From positions 1,431 to 65,430 of the forward strand of contig DASVVX010000006.1 in assembly GCA_036386295.1 (NCBI GenBank): DNA of 64,000 bases. Direction: 5' to 3'. Below, one piece after another: positions 30,435 to 40,173 of the stretch (its first letter is position 1; every line of letters starts with the position of its first letter). This DNA comes from Allosphingosinicella sp. (GTDB lineage: Bacteria; Pseudomonadota; Alphaproteobacteria; Sphingomonadales; Sphingomonadaceae). Below the pieces are notes generated by a model. It was not told the DNA's origin. It made no database searches and saw nothing but the letters and a program-made list of their open reading frames with translations. The translations under genes were made by a program, and so were the position numbers.

Positions 30435-31535
30435 GTGCGCATCGGCCTGCTGACCGGCGGCGGCGACGTGCCGGGCCTCAACCCCTGCATCCGCTCGGTG
30501 ACCTTGTCGGCCGACGCCCTCGGCTGGCGGGTGACGGGCTTCCGGCGCGGCTGGGAGGGCGTCCTTGCCATCGATCCCGGCGACTCGGCGAGCGTGGCGG
30601 CGAACAGCCTCGAGCTGACCCGCGAGGGCGTCCGCGGCATCGACCGGATGGGGGGGACCATCCTCCACACCTCGCGCACCGATCCGCGCACCCTGGCCGA
30701 CGGCGACCAGACGGCGCGGGTGATCGACGTCCTCACCCGGCTCGGGATCGACGCGATGATCACGCTCGGCGGCGACGGCACCTTGCGCTTCTCCGCCCAC
30801 CTCGCCGCGCAGGGCGTTCCCGTCATCTCCATCCCCAAGACGATGGACAATGACGTCTACGGCACCGATTATTGCATCGGCTTCTCGACCGCGGTGAGCC
30901 GCTCGGTCGAGGCGATCAACGCGCTGAGGACGACGGTCGAGAGCCACGAGCGGATCGGTGTCGTCGAACTGTTCGGACGGCGAAGCGGCGAGACCGCCCT
31001 CCTCGCCGGCTTCCTGGCGCAGGTCGACCGGACCGTCATCGCCGAGGTTCCAGCGGACCTCGACGTGCTCCTCCCCCTCCTCGCCGAGGACAAGTCGTCG
31101 AACCCGGCCGGCTATGCGATGTGCGTCGTCTCGGAAGGGGCGACCCTGAAGGGCGCGGCGGACGACGCCGCCGAGCTGTCCAAGCCGGCCAGCGACCGCG
31201 GCGAGGGCGGCATCGGCCAGCGGCTCGGCACCGAGATCAAGGCGCGGCTCGGCCACGGTACCGTCATCCAGGAGCTGGCCTATCTGATGCGCGCCGGCGA
31301 GCCCGACGCGATGGACCGGATGGTCGGCTTCGCCTTCGGCGGCCTCGCCATCCAGCTCCTCCAGCGCGGCGAGGCGGCGCGGATGGTCACCCTGACCCGG
31401 GGCAATTACGGCCACGTCCCGATCGGCACCCTGCTCGAGGGCCGAAAGTCGGTCGACGTCAACGGCCTCTACGATCCCTTGACCTATCGTGCGCGTTTGA
31501 TGCGGGTCGAGGGAATGCCGATGTTCCTCTACTGA
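30435..31535 (+). CDS. pfkA: 6-phosphofructokinase (PfkA family)
   Basis: LTGGGDVPGLN, GGTIL.TSR, GGDGT, PKTMDND and ELFGR motifs. Confidence 0.92.
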   Translation: MRIGLLTGGGDVPGLNPCIRSVTLSADALGWRVTGFRRGWEGVLAIDPGDSASVAANSLELTREGVRGIDRMGGTILHTSRTDPRTLADGDQTARVIDVLTRLGIDAMITLGGDGTLRFSAHLAAQGVPVISIPKTMDNDVYGTDYCIGFSTAVSRSVEAINALRTTVESHERIGVVELFGRRSGETALLAGFLAQVDRTVIAEVPADLDVLLPLLAEDKSSNPAGYAMCVVSEGATLKGAADDAAELSKPASDRGEGGIGQRLGTEIKARLGHGTVIQELAYLMRAGEPDAMDRMVGFAFGGLAIQLLQRGEAARMVTLTRGNYGHVPIGTLLEGRKSVDVNGLYDPLTYRARLMRVEGMPMFLY

Positions 31536-31582
31536 TTCGCCTGCTACTTTCCCCGGGAAGGCGCTTTTCGGGGGATTTGCAC

Positions 31583-32836
31583 ATGCGGAAATACTGGCTT
31601 TTTGCGGCGGGCGCCTCGCTCGCCGCCGCGTCGCCGGCCTCGGCCGACACGGTCTGCGAATGGATCGACTTCGCCCAGGCGATCCAGACGGCCGCGGCGC
31701 CGCCGCCCGACGCGCCGCGCACCGGCGAGCACGACCGCGCCCAGACCCAGGTCGCCATCGCCATGTTCGAGGCCCTGAACGCGATCGACCGGCGCTATGA
31801 ATCCTATCTCGGAATGCCCGCTGCGGCCGAGGCGGGAGCCTCGCAGGACGCCGCGGCGGCGACCGCCGCCTATCAGGTGCTTCTCGCCCACTTTCCCGGC
31901 CAGAAGACCGCGCTCGACGACAGCTACAGCGTCGCGATGATGGCCGTGGCCGACGCCGCCGCCCGCGACCGAGGCAAGGCGATCGGCGAAGCGGCGGCGA
32001 AGCTCGCTCTGGCCGCCGGCGGCTTCGACCCGGGCCGGAAGCCCGTCCCCTACCGGCCGCGGACCAGCGCGGGCACCTGGACCGCCACCCAGCTGCCGGT
32101 CTTCGCGCCTTACGTCACCACCTTCAAGCCCTGGATCCTGCCGAGCTACGAATCGGTCCGGCCGGCGCCGCCGCCGGCGCTCACCAGCGAACGCTGGGCG
32201 CGCGACTATGAGGAGATCCGCCGGCTCGGCGCCAAGACGGGAAGCAGCCGGACGCCCGAGCAGACCCTGATGGCGCGCTACCGGATCACGCCCAACATGA
32301 CTCCGACCCTGCGCCTGATCGCCGACGCGAAGGGCCGCTCCGCGGTCGCGAACGCCCGCATGTTCGCGCTGCTCGCGATGGTCACCGACGATGCCGGCAT
32401 CGCCAATGCGGAGGCCAAGCTCCACTACAATTTCTGGCGGCCGATCACCGCGATCCGCAACGCCTCGGACGACGGCAACGACGCCACTCAGGAGGATCCG
32501 GCGTGGGAGCCGCTGATCGCCACTCCCAACCATCCCGAATATCCCTGCGCCCACTGCACCTTCGCCGCCTCGACCGCGGCGGTGCTCAAGAGCGAGGTGG
32601 GCGATTCTCCGCCGGGCGGAGTCCGGGTCCATTCCCGCTCGATCCCCAACAGCATCGTCCAGGTCGTGCCGAGCCTCGACGACTGGGTGAGGGAGGTGTC
32701 GATCTCGCGCACCTATGGCGGAGTCCACTATCGTTTCTCCAACGAAGCGGGCGAGGAGATCGGCCGCAAGGTCGCCGCGATGGCCCTGGCCCAGGTGATG
32801 CGCCCGCTCCCGGCGAAGGGGAAGCGGAAGGGTTAG
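31583..32836 (+). CDS. Exported vanadium-dependent haloperoxidase / PAP2-superfamily protein
   Basis: Signal peptide; K.HYNFWRP, HPEYPCAH and SRTYGGVHY motifs. Confidence 0.88.
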   Translation: MRKYWLFAAGASLAAASPASADTVCEWIDFAQAIQTAAAPPPDAPRTGEHDRAQTQVAIAMFEALNAIDRRYESYLGMPAAAEAGASQDAAAATAAYQVLLAHFPGQKTALDDSYSVAMMAVADAAARDRGKAIGEAAAKLALAAGGFDPGRKPVPYRPRTSAGTWTATQLPVFAPYVTTFKPWILPSYESVRPAPPPALTSERWARDYEEIRRLGAKTGSSRTPEQTLMARYRITPNMTPTLRLIADAKGRSAVANARMFALLAMVTDDAGIANAEAKLHYNFWRPITAIRNASDDGNDATQEDPAWEPLIATPNHPEYPCAHCTFAASTAAVLKSEVGDSPPGGVRVHSRSIPNSIVQVVPSLDDWVREVSISRTYGGVHYRFSNEAGEEIGRKVAAMALAQVMRPLPAKGKRKG

Positions 32837-32844
32837 GCTCGCCC

Positions 32845-32935
32845 CGTCATTGCGAGCGGAGCGAAGCAATCCAGGCTGAGCCTGAGAGAGGCGCCGCGAC
32901 TGGATTGCTTCGTCGCTGCGCTCCTCGCAATGACG
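32845..32935. repeat. CGTC-tagged palindromic element (family B)
   Basis: cgtcattgcgagcggagcgaagcaatccag ... ctggattgcttcgtcgctgcgctcctcgcaatgacg. Confidence 0.93.
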
Positions 32936-32948
32936 GTTCCTGAAGCCA

Positions 32949-32977
32949 TTGCGCACCCCCGTCCCCTTTGCTAGAGG
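32949..32977 (+). promoter_or_regulatory. Candidate sigma70 promoter of the tRNA gene
   Basis: TTGCGC-N17-TAGAGG about 45 bp before the tRNA. Confidence 0.45.
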
Positions 32978-33021
32978 CCCCGCTCCTACCGGCCCCGGAA
33001 CCCGTCCGGGGGCAATCACGT

Positions 33022-33108
33022 GCGGTCGTGGCGGAACTGGTAGACGCGCAGCGTTGAGGTCGCTGTGGCCGAAAGGCCGTGGAAGTTCGAGTCTTCTCGA
33101 CCGCACCA
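33022..33108 (+). tRNA. tRNA-Leu (anticodon GAG)
   Basis: GCGGTCG/CGACCGC acceptor stem, CAGCG-TTGAGGT-CGCTG anticodon arm, long variable arm, GTTCGAG T-loop, encoded CCA. Confidence 0.97.
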
Positions 33109-33170
33109 CATCATGCCGATAAGAAGCCGTCCGGGGGACGGCTTGGCATGATGTCCCCCGAAGAGGGGGG

Positions 33171-34519
33171 ATGGCAGCGACACCCGACACCGGTCCCAAG
33201 CGCGCCTTCGGCTTCTGGATCTGCCTCGCCCTCGTCGTCGGCAACACCATCGGCAGCGGCATCTTCCTGCTTTCCGCCGCGCTCGCGCCCTACGGCGCCA
33301 ACGCCGTCGCCGGCTGGCTGGTGACGATCGCGGGCTGCCTGTGCCTCGCCCATGTCTTCGCCGCCCTCGCCCGGGCGCTGCCGGAGGCGGGCGGACCCTA
33401 TGACTATATCCGGCCCGCCCTCGGCGCGCCCGCCGCCTTCTTCGTCATGTGGAGCTACTGGATCTCGTCCTGGGTGACGAACGCCGCGGTTTCGGTCGGG
33501 GCGGTCAGCTACCTTTCCTCGCTCGCGCCCGGATTCTTCGCCCCTTTCTCCGCCGGTCCGCTCGCCGCGGCCGGCTTCGTCATCCTCTTCACCCTGATCG
33601 CGACCCGCGGCGCGAAAGCCTCGGGCGAGGTCCAGGTGGCGACGACGATCCTCAAGCTGCTGCCCCTGATCGCGGTCGTCGCGCTCGCCGCGATCGTCCT
33701 GGGAGGCCATGGCGAGGCGGCCGGCGGGCTCGCTCCGGCGCCGCTCCTCCCCTCCTCGGTCGCGGCCGCGGCGACCCTCACCTTGTGGGCGATGCTGGGA
33801 TTCGAATCGGCGACGATGCCGGCGGGTCGAGTCCGCGACCCGCAGCGCACCGTGCCTCGCGCGACCCTCGTGGGCACGTTCCTGGTGGGAGCGGTCTATC
33901 TGCTCGTCACCGGCGCCGTCTTCCTGCTCCTCCCGGCCGCGGAAGCGGCGCGGTCGCCGGCGCCGCTCGCCGACCTGATCGGGCGCTATTGGGGCCCGGG
34001 GCCCGCCCAGCTCGTCGCCCTGTTCGCGGCGATCAGCGCGCTCGGCGCCCTCAACGGCTGGGTGTTCGTCCAGGCGGAGGTCCCGCTGGCGCTGGCGCGA
34101 AGCGGCGTCTTCCCCGCCGCCTTCGCCAGACTCAACCGGGCCGGCACCCCGTCGTCGGCCACGCGCTCGGCTGCGGCCTCAGCTGCGCCCTGATCGCGAC
34201 CAACCTCAGCCGCGGCATGGCGGCGCTGTTCGAGTTCATGATCCTCCTCGCCACCGCCGCGACCCTGGTGCTCTACCTGCTCGCCGCGCTCTCGGTTCTC
34301 GTCCTCCGACGCCGCGGCGCGGTCGGCGGCGCCCTGGTGGTAGCGACCGCCGGCGGCGGGACTCTGTTCGCCTTGTGGACCTTCTACGGGGCGGGGCTGG
34401 AGGCGACCGGCTGGGGCCTCGCATTGTTGCTGAGCGGCGTTCCGGTCTATCTGCTGATGAATCGCAACCTGTCGCGGCGCCGAACCGTTGAGGCGGCTTC
34501 GACGACAATGGAGGAATGA
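33171..34519 (+). pseudogene. APC-family amino acid permease with a single frameshift near 34150 (pseudogene or sequencing error)
   Basis: GNTIGSGIF, GGPY.Y and WAMLGFE motifs; frame changes at ..AGTP|VVGHALG.. in the run ACCCCG. Confidence 0.8.
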
Positions 34520-34528
34520 GGGAGCCAG

Positions 34529-34936
34529 ATGGCGGATCAGGTGCGGGATCATGCGGCCCTTTCGGAGCGCGAGTGGCGCGAGAAGCTGAGCCCGGAGCAA
34601 TATCACGTGCTCCGCGAGGCGGGCACGGAGCCGCCCTTCGCAGGCCGCTACGTCCACAATCACGAGGACGGCGAATATCGCTGCGCCGGTTGCGGCGAGC
34701 TGCTGTTCGACAGCCGGACCAAGTTCGACAGCGGCAGCGGCTGGCCGAGCTTCACCGAGCCGGCGGCGCCGACGGTCAGCGAGCATGCCGACATGAGCCA
34801 CGGCATGCGCCGGGTCGAGGTCCGCTGCGCGCGCTGCGACGGCCATCTCGGCCACGTCTTCCCCGACGGGCCCGGGCCGACCGGCCTGCGCTATTGCATC
34901 AACAGCTGCTCGCTGGACTTCAAGCCGAAGAAATGA
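34529..34936 (+). CDS. msrB: Peptide-methionine (R)-S-oxide reductase
   Basis: [27 protein letters not shown] and RYCINS motifs. Confidence 0.97.
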   Translation: MADQVRDHAALSEREWREKLSPEQYHVLREAGTEPPFAGRYVHNHEDGEYRCAGCGELLFDSRTKFDSGSGWPSFTEPAAPTVSEHADMSHGMRRVEVRCARCDGHLGHVFPDGPGPTGLRYCINSCSLDFKPKK

Positions 34937-34946
34937 CTGCGGCAGC

Positions 34947-35037
34947 CGTCATTGCGAGCGCAGCGAAGCAATCCAGTCCGGGCGAGACGCTGGCGCCGTA
35001 GCTGGATTGCCGCGTCGCTGCGCTCCTCGCAATGACG
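34947..35037. repeat. Family B palindromic element
   Basis: cgtcattgcgagcgcagcgaagcaatccag ... ctggattgccgcgtcgctgcgctcctcgcaatgacg. Confidence 0.93.
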
Positions 35038-35117
35038 GGTCCTGCCCGACTCCTCCTCCGCTTCTCCCTTCCCCGTCCCTTGTCGCCCGACTGGCGACGC
35101 CCTAGTCTGCGCTCGCA

Positions 35118-37229
35118 ATGGCCAGTGTCGCTTCCCCGCCGTCCCGCATTCGCCGGACTCTGATCACCGTCCTGAAGATCGGCCTTTACGGCGGCCTGCT
35201 CGCGCTCGTCGCCCTGATCGTCGCGGTCGGCGTCGCGATGAGCTCGCTGCCCAGCTACCAGGAGCTGATCCGCCGCGACGATCTCGGCCAGACCATAAGG
35301 GTGCGCGCCGCCGACGGCTCGATCCTGCTCGCTTCCGGGCCGAGCTTCGGCAACTGGCTGCGCTACGACGAGATACCCGAGATCATGAAGGCGGCGATGG
35401 TCGCGGTCGAGGACAAGCGTTTCCGGTCCCATCCGGGGGTGGATCCGATCGGCACGGCGCGCGCCTTCAAGGTCCGGTTCCAGAAGGGACGCTGGACCCA
35501 GGGCGGCTCGACGATCACCCAGCAGCTCGCCCGCAACATCTTCCTGACCAACAGCCGGACCTTCGGCCGCAAGGTGCGCGAGGGCGTTCTCGCACTGGCG
35601 CTCGAGCGGCGCTTCTCGAAGGACCAGATCCTCGAGCTCTACCTCAACCGCGTCTATTTCGGCGGCGGCGCCTACGGCATCGACGCCGCTTCGCGCAAAT
35701 TCTTCGGCCACAGCGCGAGGACGCTGAGCCTGTCGGAAGCCTCGATCATCGCCGGCCTGGTCAAGGCGCCGTCCAATTACGCACCTTCTGCCGATGCCGA
35801 GGCCGCGCGCAGCCGGGCCGCCGTGGTCATCCGGCTAATGCAGGAGAATGGCGACATCAGCGCGGCCACCGCCGCCTCCGCCGAGCCGGCGGAAGTGAAG
35901 ATCATTCCGACCGCCACGCCCAACAGCGTCCGCTACTTCACCGACTGGGTGCTTCCGCAGCTCGACACGCTGATCGACGAGACGGTCGAGCCGATCGAGG
36001 TTTGGACGACGCTCGATCCGAACATGCAGCGCCTCGGCGATCAGGTGATCAACGCCGTCACCCCCGCTGGCGCCCAGGGCGCCCTGGTGGCGCTCGACCG
36101 GGACGGCTCGGTGCGGGCGATGATCGGCGGCCGCGACTATGTCCGCTCGCTCTACAACCGCGCCACCCAGGCCAACCGCCAGCCCGGCTCCGCCTTCAAA
36201 TTGTTCGTCTACCTCGCGGCGATCGAGGCGGGCTACAAGCCGGACGACCTCGTCTCGGACGAGCCGATCACGATCAACGGCTGGAGCCCGCGCAACAACA
36301 ACCGCACCTTCGCCGGCCAGGTGCCGCTCCGCCAGGCCTTCGCCCAGTCGATCAACACCGTGTCCGTTCGGCTCGCCCAGGAGGTCGGCTTCCGCACCGT
36401 CGCCGACATGGCGCAGCGCTTCGGGATCACCACCCCGGTCGTCACCCATCCGTCGATGGCCCTGGGCAGCTCGGAGGTAAGGCTGCTCGACATGACCCGG
36501 GCCTTCGCGTCGGTGGCGGCGAAGGGCAATGCGGTCATGCCCTATGGAATCAAGCGGGTAACGACCGCCGACGGCGCCATCCTCTACCAGCACCCGCCGG
36601 CCGAGGGCCGGGTGCTGGTGGCGCCGTGGGTCGCGGCTCAGATGACCGACCTGCTCCAGGCCGCGGTGCTGACCGGAACCGCTCGGGCAGCCCAGATCGG
36701 CCGTCCCGTCGCCGGCAAGACCGGAACGACCAGCTCGAACAAGGACGGCTGGTTCCTCGGCTTCTCGAGCGGGCTGACCACCGGCATCTGGATGGGCCGG
36801 GACGACAACAAGGCGATACCGGGGCTCCAGGGCGGACGGGCGCCGGCGCGGGCCTTCCACGACTTCATGACCCGAGCCGTCGCCAACCGGCCGGCGGAGG
36901 CGTTCGAGATCGAGGTGCAGACTCCGGAATGGGCGATCACCGAGCCCGACGAGGAAACCTGGTTCGAGGCGCCGGACAACGGCGTCTTCGTCAACCCCGA
37001 CGGCAGCGGGCCGGCCGGACCGATCCCGCCGTCGCTGCCGCGCGACGACGAGCCGGCCCCGCCCCCCGACGACGAGGATCGGCTCGACCAGGACTTCATC
37101 GACCGGGCGACCGACCGGGTCCGTCCCGAGCCGCCGCCGCGGCGGGACCGCGACGCGCCCCGCCCCGACCGCCGTTCAGTCCGCCCGCCCGAGCCGGTGG
37201 AGGACGGGCCCATGACGTCGGAGCCATAG
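35118..37229 (+). CDS. Class A penicillin-binding protein (PBP1A family)
   Basis: EDKRF..H.G.D and GGSTITQQL transglycosylase motifs; SAFK, SIN and KTGT transpeptidase motifs. Confidence 0.95.
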   Translation: MASVASPPSRIRRTLITVLKIGLYGGLLALVALIVAVGVAMSSLPSYQELIRRDDLGQTIRVRAADGSILLASGPSFGNWLRYDEIPEIMKAAMVAVEDKRFRSHPGVDPIGTARAFKVRFQKGRWTQGGSTITQQLARNIFLTNSRTFGRKVREGVLALALERRFSKDQILELYLNRVYFGGGAYGIDAASRKFFGHSARTLSLSEASIIAGLVKAPSNYAPSADAEAARSRAAVVIRLMQENGDISAATAASAEPAEVKIIPTATPNSVRYFTDWVLPQLDTLIDETVEPIEVWTTLDPNMQRLGDQVINAVTPAGAQGALVALDRDGSVRAMIGGRDYVRSLYNRATQANRQPGSAFKLFVYLAAIEAGYKPDDLVSDEPITINGWSPRNNNRTFAGQVPLRQAFAQSINTVSVRLAQEVGFRTVADMAQRFGITTPVVTHPSMALGSSEVRLLDMTRAFASVAAKGNAVMPYGIKRVTTADGAILYQHPPAEGRVLVAPWVAAQMTDLLQAAVLTGTARAAQIGRPVAGKTGTTSSNKDGWFLGFSSGLTTGIWMGRDDNKAIPGLQGGRAPARAFHDFMTRAVANRPAEAFEIEVQTPEWAITEPDEETWFEAPDNGVFVNPDGSGPAGPIPPSLPRDDEPAPPPDDEDRLDQDFIDRATDRVRPEPPPRRDRDAPRPDRRSVRPPEPVEDGPMTSEP

Positions 37230-37856
37230 CCGGGCCGGCCTCGGATCGGCGCCGAGCAGGCGCTCTACCAGCCGGTGGAAATCGGGGCCGTGGTTCATAT
37301 GGACCCTGTGCGCGACCTCATGGGCGACGGTGGCGCGCCGAACCCATTCGGGCGCGAGGATCAGCCTCCAGCTGTAGCGTATCCCTCCGCTCGCCGAGCA
37401 GCTGCCCCAGCGCGACAGCGGGTCTCCGACTCCGACCCGGCTCACGGTCACCCCGGCCTTGGCGGCGAACTCGGCGGTCTCGCCGGCCAGCACGTCCAGC
37501 GCATGGCGGCGCAGCCAGCGCAGCAGCCGGTTTTCCAGGCCCTCGGCGGGGCCTCCGACGACCAGCCGTCCCTCCTCGCGCTTCGGAGTGCGCGGCCGGT
37601 CGGGCATCCAGTCGATCCGATGGGGGAGGTCGTAGAGGGGGACGTTCGCCCCGGGGACGATGGGCACGGCGGGCGCCACCTGCGCCAGCTGAGTCTCGAT
37701 CCAGGCGCGATGGCCCTCGGCCCAGGCCAGCGCCTGCCGGCGCGACGCCCGCCTCGGAATGGTCAGCACGACCTCGCCGGTGCGCCGGTCGACCTTGAGC
37801 CGCATCCTTCGCGCCGTCGGCGATATCCTCAGAGAGACCTCAAAGCCCACGCTCAA
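37176..37856 (-). CDS. YgjP/SprT-like (M48) metallopeptidase
   Basis: RWGSCS and VAHEVAH.VHMNHGPDF motifs; start uncertain. Confidence 0.88.
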   Translation of the reverse strand: MSVGFEVSLRISPTARRMRLKVDRRTGEVVLTIPRRASRRQALAWAEGHRAWIETQLAQVAPAVPIVPGANVPLYDLPHRIDWMPDRPRTPKREEGRLVVGGPAEGLENRLLRWLRRHALDVLAGETAEFAAKAGVTVSRVGVGDPLSRWGSCSASGGIRYSWRLILAPEWVRRATVAHEVAHRVHMNHGPDFHRLVERLLGADPRPARLWLRRHGPVLHRLGRAD

Positions 37857-38265
37857 CCAGATGATGCTCGAGGTCGCCGGCCTCGTCCTCGGCGACGGTC
37901 CAGCCGCGGACCGACATGCCGGCGCGGTGCACGGCCTCGCGGTCGCCGGAGATTAGGTAATGCCATTCCGGCAAGGGCTTCCCCTCAAATCGCAGACGGT
38001 AGGCACAAGTCGAGGGCAGCCAGGCCAGATTTGCGACCTTCGAGGAGGTCAGGCGCACGCAATCGGGCACGAAGGCCTTGCGGCCGCGGTAGTTCGTGCA
38101 GCGCGCGCTGTGCCGGTCGAGCAGCCTGCAGGCGACGTTGGTGGCATGGATCGCCCCCGTCTCCTCGTCCTCGAGCTTGTGAAGGCAGCATTTGCCGCAG
38201 CCGTCGCACAGCGCCTCCCATTCGCCGCGGTCGAGCGCCGCCAGCGGCTTTTCCCAGAAGTTCAT
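37840..38265 (-). CDS. YcgN-family cysteine cluster protein
   Basis: EWEALCDGCGKCCLHKL and WLPSTCAYR motifs. Confidence 0.92.
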   Translation of the reverse strand: MNFWEKPLAALDRGEWEALCDGCGKCCLHKLEDEETGAIHATNVACRLLDRHSARCTNYRGRKAFVPDCVRLTSSKVANLAWLPSTCAYRLRFEGKPLPEWHYLISGDREAVHRAGMSVRGWTVAEDEAGDLEHHLVERGL

Positions 38266-38861
38266 TCGACCCACCGGTCGAGTTCGGCTGCCACCGCCTC
38301 GGCGCCCTTGTCGTAGGGCAGGAGCGCGATCGGCTCCCCCCCGGGCCCGATCAATTCGGCGAGGCGGCTGTGGTTGACGTTGTAGCCGCCGCCCGCCTCC
38401 GGGGCCTCCTTCTGGCCGTAGGCGCCGTATCGCTTGACGGTATCGGCGATCTGCGCCGGCGTTCCGGTGAGGCCGACCAGCCTCGGGTGGAAAGCGGCGA
38501 CATAGTCCTTGAGCACCGCCGGGGTGTCGCGCTCGGGATCGACGCTGACGAAGACCGGGACGACCCGGGCGGCCCGCGCCGGGTCGCTTTTCTCGAACCG
38601 GCGCAGCGCCTGGCCGAGGATCGCGAGATCGGTCGGGCAGACGTCGGGGCAATGGGTGAAGCCGAAATACATGATCCGGTAGCGCCCCGCGAAATCGCGG
38701 TCGGTCTTCGGCCGGCCGTCCTGGTCGGTCAGCGCGAACGGTCCCCCGATCGCCGCGCCCTTGAGCGGCGGCTCGCCTCTGTCCGCCGAACAGCCGGCGA
38801 GGACCAGCGCCAGGAGCAGGCAAGCGATCGTCGCGGCGCGAGTCTTGGAAACTTCGTTCAT
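38262..38861 (-). CDS. SCO-family copper chaperone lipoprotein
   Basis: LAGC lipobox; YFGFTHCPDVCP, SVDPERD and conserved His. Confidence 0.93.
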   Translation of the reverse strand: MNEVSKTRAATIACLLLALVLAGCSADRGEPPLKGAAIGGPFALTDQDGRPKTDRDFAGRYRIMYFGFTHCPDVCPTDLAILGQALRRFEKSDPARAARVVPVFVSVDPERDTPAVLKDYVAAFHPRLVGLTGTPAQIADTVKRYGAYGQKEAPEAGGGYNVNHSRLAELIGPGGEPIALLPYDKGAEAVAAELDRWVE

Positions 38862-38920
38862 GGCGGAGGCAGGCTTGCCTTGCTATAGCGGCGCGAACAA
38901 GTCGAGACGGGGAAACAAGA

Positions 38921-39541
38921 GTGGATAACAGGTTCGGCCGCGCGTTCGCGGCGTCGATGGCGCTGGCTCTGGCGGCCGTTCCGACAGCCGCCGCGGCCCA
39001 GGGCGGTTTGACCTATTCGGACAGCTATACCTTCCTCAAGGCGGTCAGGGACCGGGACGGCGCCAAGGTCAACGAGCTGGTCGGAAGCGCCACCGGCCCG
39101 ATCGTCATCAACAGCCGAGACCGCACCAACGGCGAGGGCGCGCTTCATTATACGGTGCGGGCGAGGGACCTGACCTGGCTGGCCTTCCTTCTCGGCAAGG
39201 GCGCCCGACCCGACATCCAGAGCAACCGCGGCGACACGCCGCTGACGCTCGCGGCCCAGATCGGCTGGCTCGAGGGCGCCGAGCAGCTGCTCGCGCGCCG
39301 GGCCAGCGCCGACCTCGCCAACGGCCGCGGCGAGACCCCGCTGATCCTCGCCACCCAGCGGCGCGACCTGGCGATGGTCCGCCTGCTGCTCGCCCGCCGG
39401 GCCGATCCCAAGCGCACCGACAATGTCGCCGGCATGTCGGCGCTCGATTACGCCCGCCAGGATCCGCGCGCCGGAGCGGTGCTCAAGTTGCTCGAGGCGA
39501 AGGTCGCCCCGGCGAAGCCGGCCGCGGGGCCGACCAAGTAG
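38921..39541 (+). CDS. Exported ankyrin-repeat protein
   Basis: GEGALH, GDTPL.LA, GETPL.LA and GMSALD repeats; signal peptide. Confidence 0.9.
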   Translation: MDNRFGRAFAASMALALAAVPTAAAAQGGLTYSDSYTFLKAVRDRDGAKVNELVGSATGPIVINSRDRTNGEGALHYTVRARDLTWLAFLLGKGARPDIQSNRGDTPLTLAAQIGWLEGAEQLLARRASADLANGRGETPLILATQRRDLAMVRLLLARRADPKRTDNVAGMSALDYARQDPRAGAVLKLLEAKVAPAKPAAGPTK

Positions 39542-39542
39542 C

Positions 39543-39632
39543 CGTCATTGCGAGGAGCGAAGCGACGAAGCAATCCAGTCCTGCGCCTGCGACGGACGCT
39601 GACTGGATTGCTTCGCTTTGCTCGCAATGACG
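39543..39632. repeat. Family B palindromic element, opposite orientation to the other two
   Basis: cgtcattgcgaggagcgaagcgacgaagcaatccagtc ... gactggattgcttcgctttgctcgcaatgacg. Confidence 0.93.
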
Positions 39633-39637
39633 GTGGC

Positions 39638-40135
39638 TTAGGCGAATCCCGCCAGCCCAGGATCGAGATCCCCGACCAGCCGCCGAGCGGCTCGGCGGGC
39701 GAAGCGCAGGGTCTCGGCCTTGCGGCGCGCCGCCGGCAGCTTCCTGAGCGGCGCCTCGCGCACCACCGCGGCATCGTAGCGGTCGGCGACGAGCAGGCCG
39801 CAATGCTCGGGCTGGAAGCCCGGCTGGTCGAACGGGCTCAGGTCGAAGCTTGCCGGCACCGCCCAGAAGAAACGATCGCAATAGCCGAGATAGTCGTTCC
39901 ACTTGCAGTCGCTCATCAGGTCGGCCCGCGACACCTTGATCTCGACGATGGTGATGAGGCCGCCCGAATCGATTGCCATCATGTCGGCGCGCCGGCCGTT
40001 GGGCAGCGGCACCTCGCAGAGCGCGAACATGTCCCGGTTGAAGAACAGCCGGGTCACTCCGCGCGCCACGTCGCGAGCCGCGGGCGGCGCGTCGGCGAAG
40101 CATAGTTCGGGCTGGAGACTCGGACGGGCGGCCAT
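39638..40135 (-). CDS. mmcB: MmcB-family DNA repair protein
   Basis: EVPLPNGRRAD, IVEIKVSRAD..D.KW..Y..YCDRFFWAV motifs. Confidence 0.9.
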   Translation of the reverse strand: MAARPSLQPELCFADAPPAARDVARGVTRLFFNRDMFALCEVPLPNGRRADMMAIDSGGLITIVEIKVSRADLMSDCKWNDYLGYCDRFFWAVPASFDLSPFDQPGFQPEHCGLLVADRYDAAVVREAPLRKLPAARRKAETLRFARRAARRLVGDLDPGLAGFA

Positions 40136-40147
40136 GGGCCCAGGCTA

Positions 40148-40162
40148 GAATGAATCGGGAAC
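40148..40162 (-). promoter_or_regulatory. Candidate alphaproteobacterial LexA (SOS) box upstream of mmcB
   Basis: GTTC-N7-ATTC on the minus strand, one mismatch from GTTC-N7-GTTC, 12 bp from the start codon. Confidence 0.6.
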
Positions 40163-40173
40163 GGAGAAAAGCC

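Noticed and set aside
33108-34520. Genomic island integrated at tRNA-Leu
   Set aside because: No integrase, no duplicated tRNA 3' end seen, and downstream genes have host-like composition.
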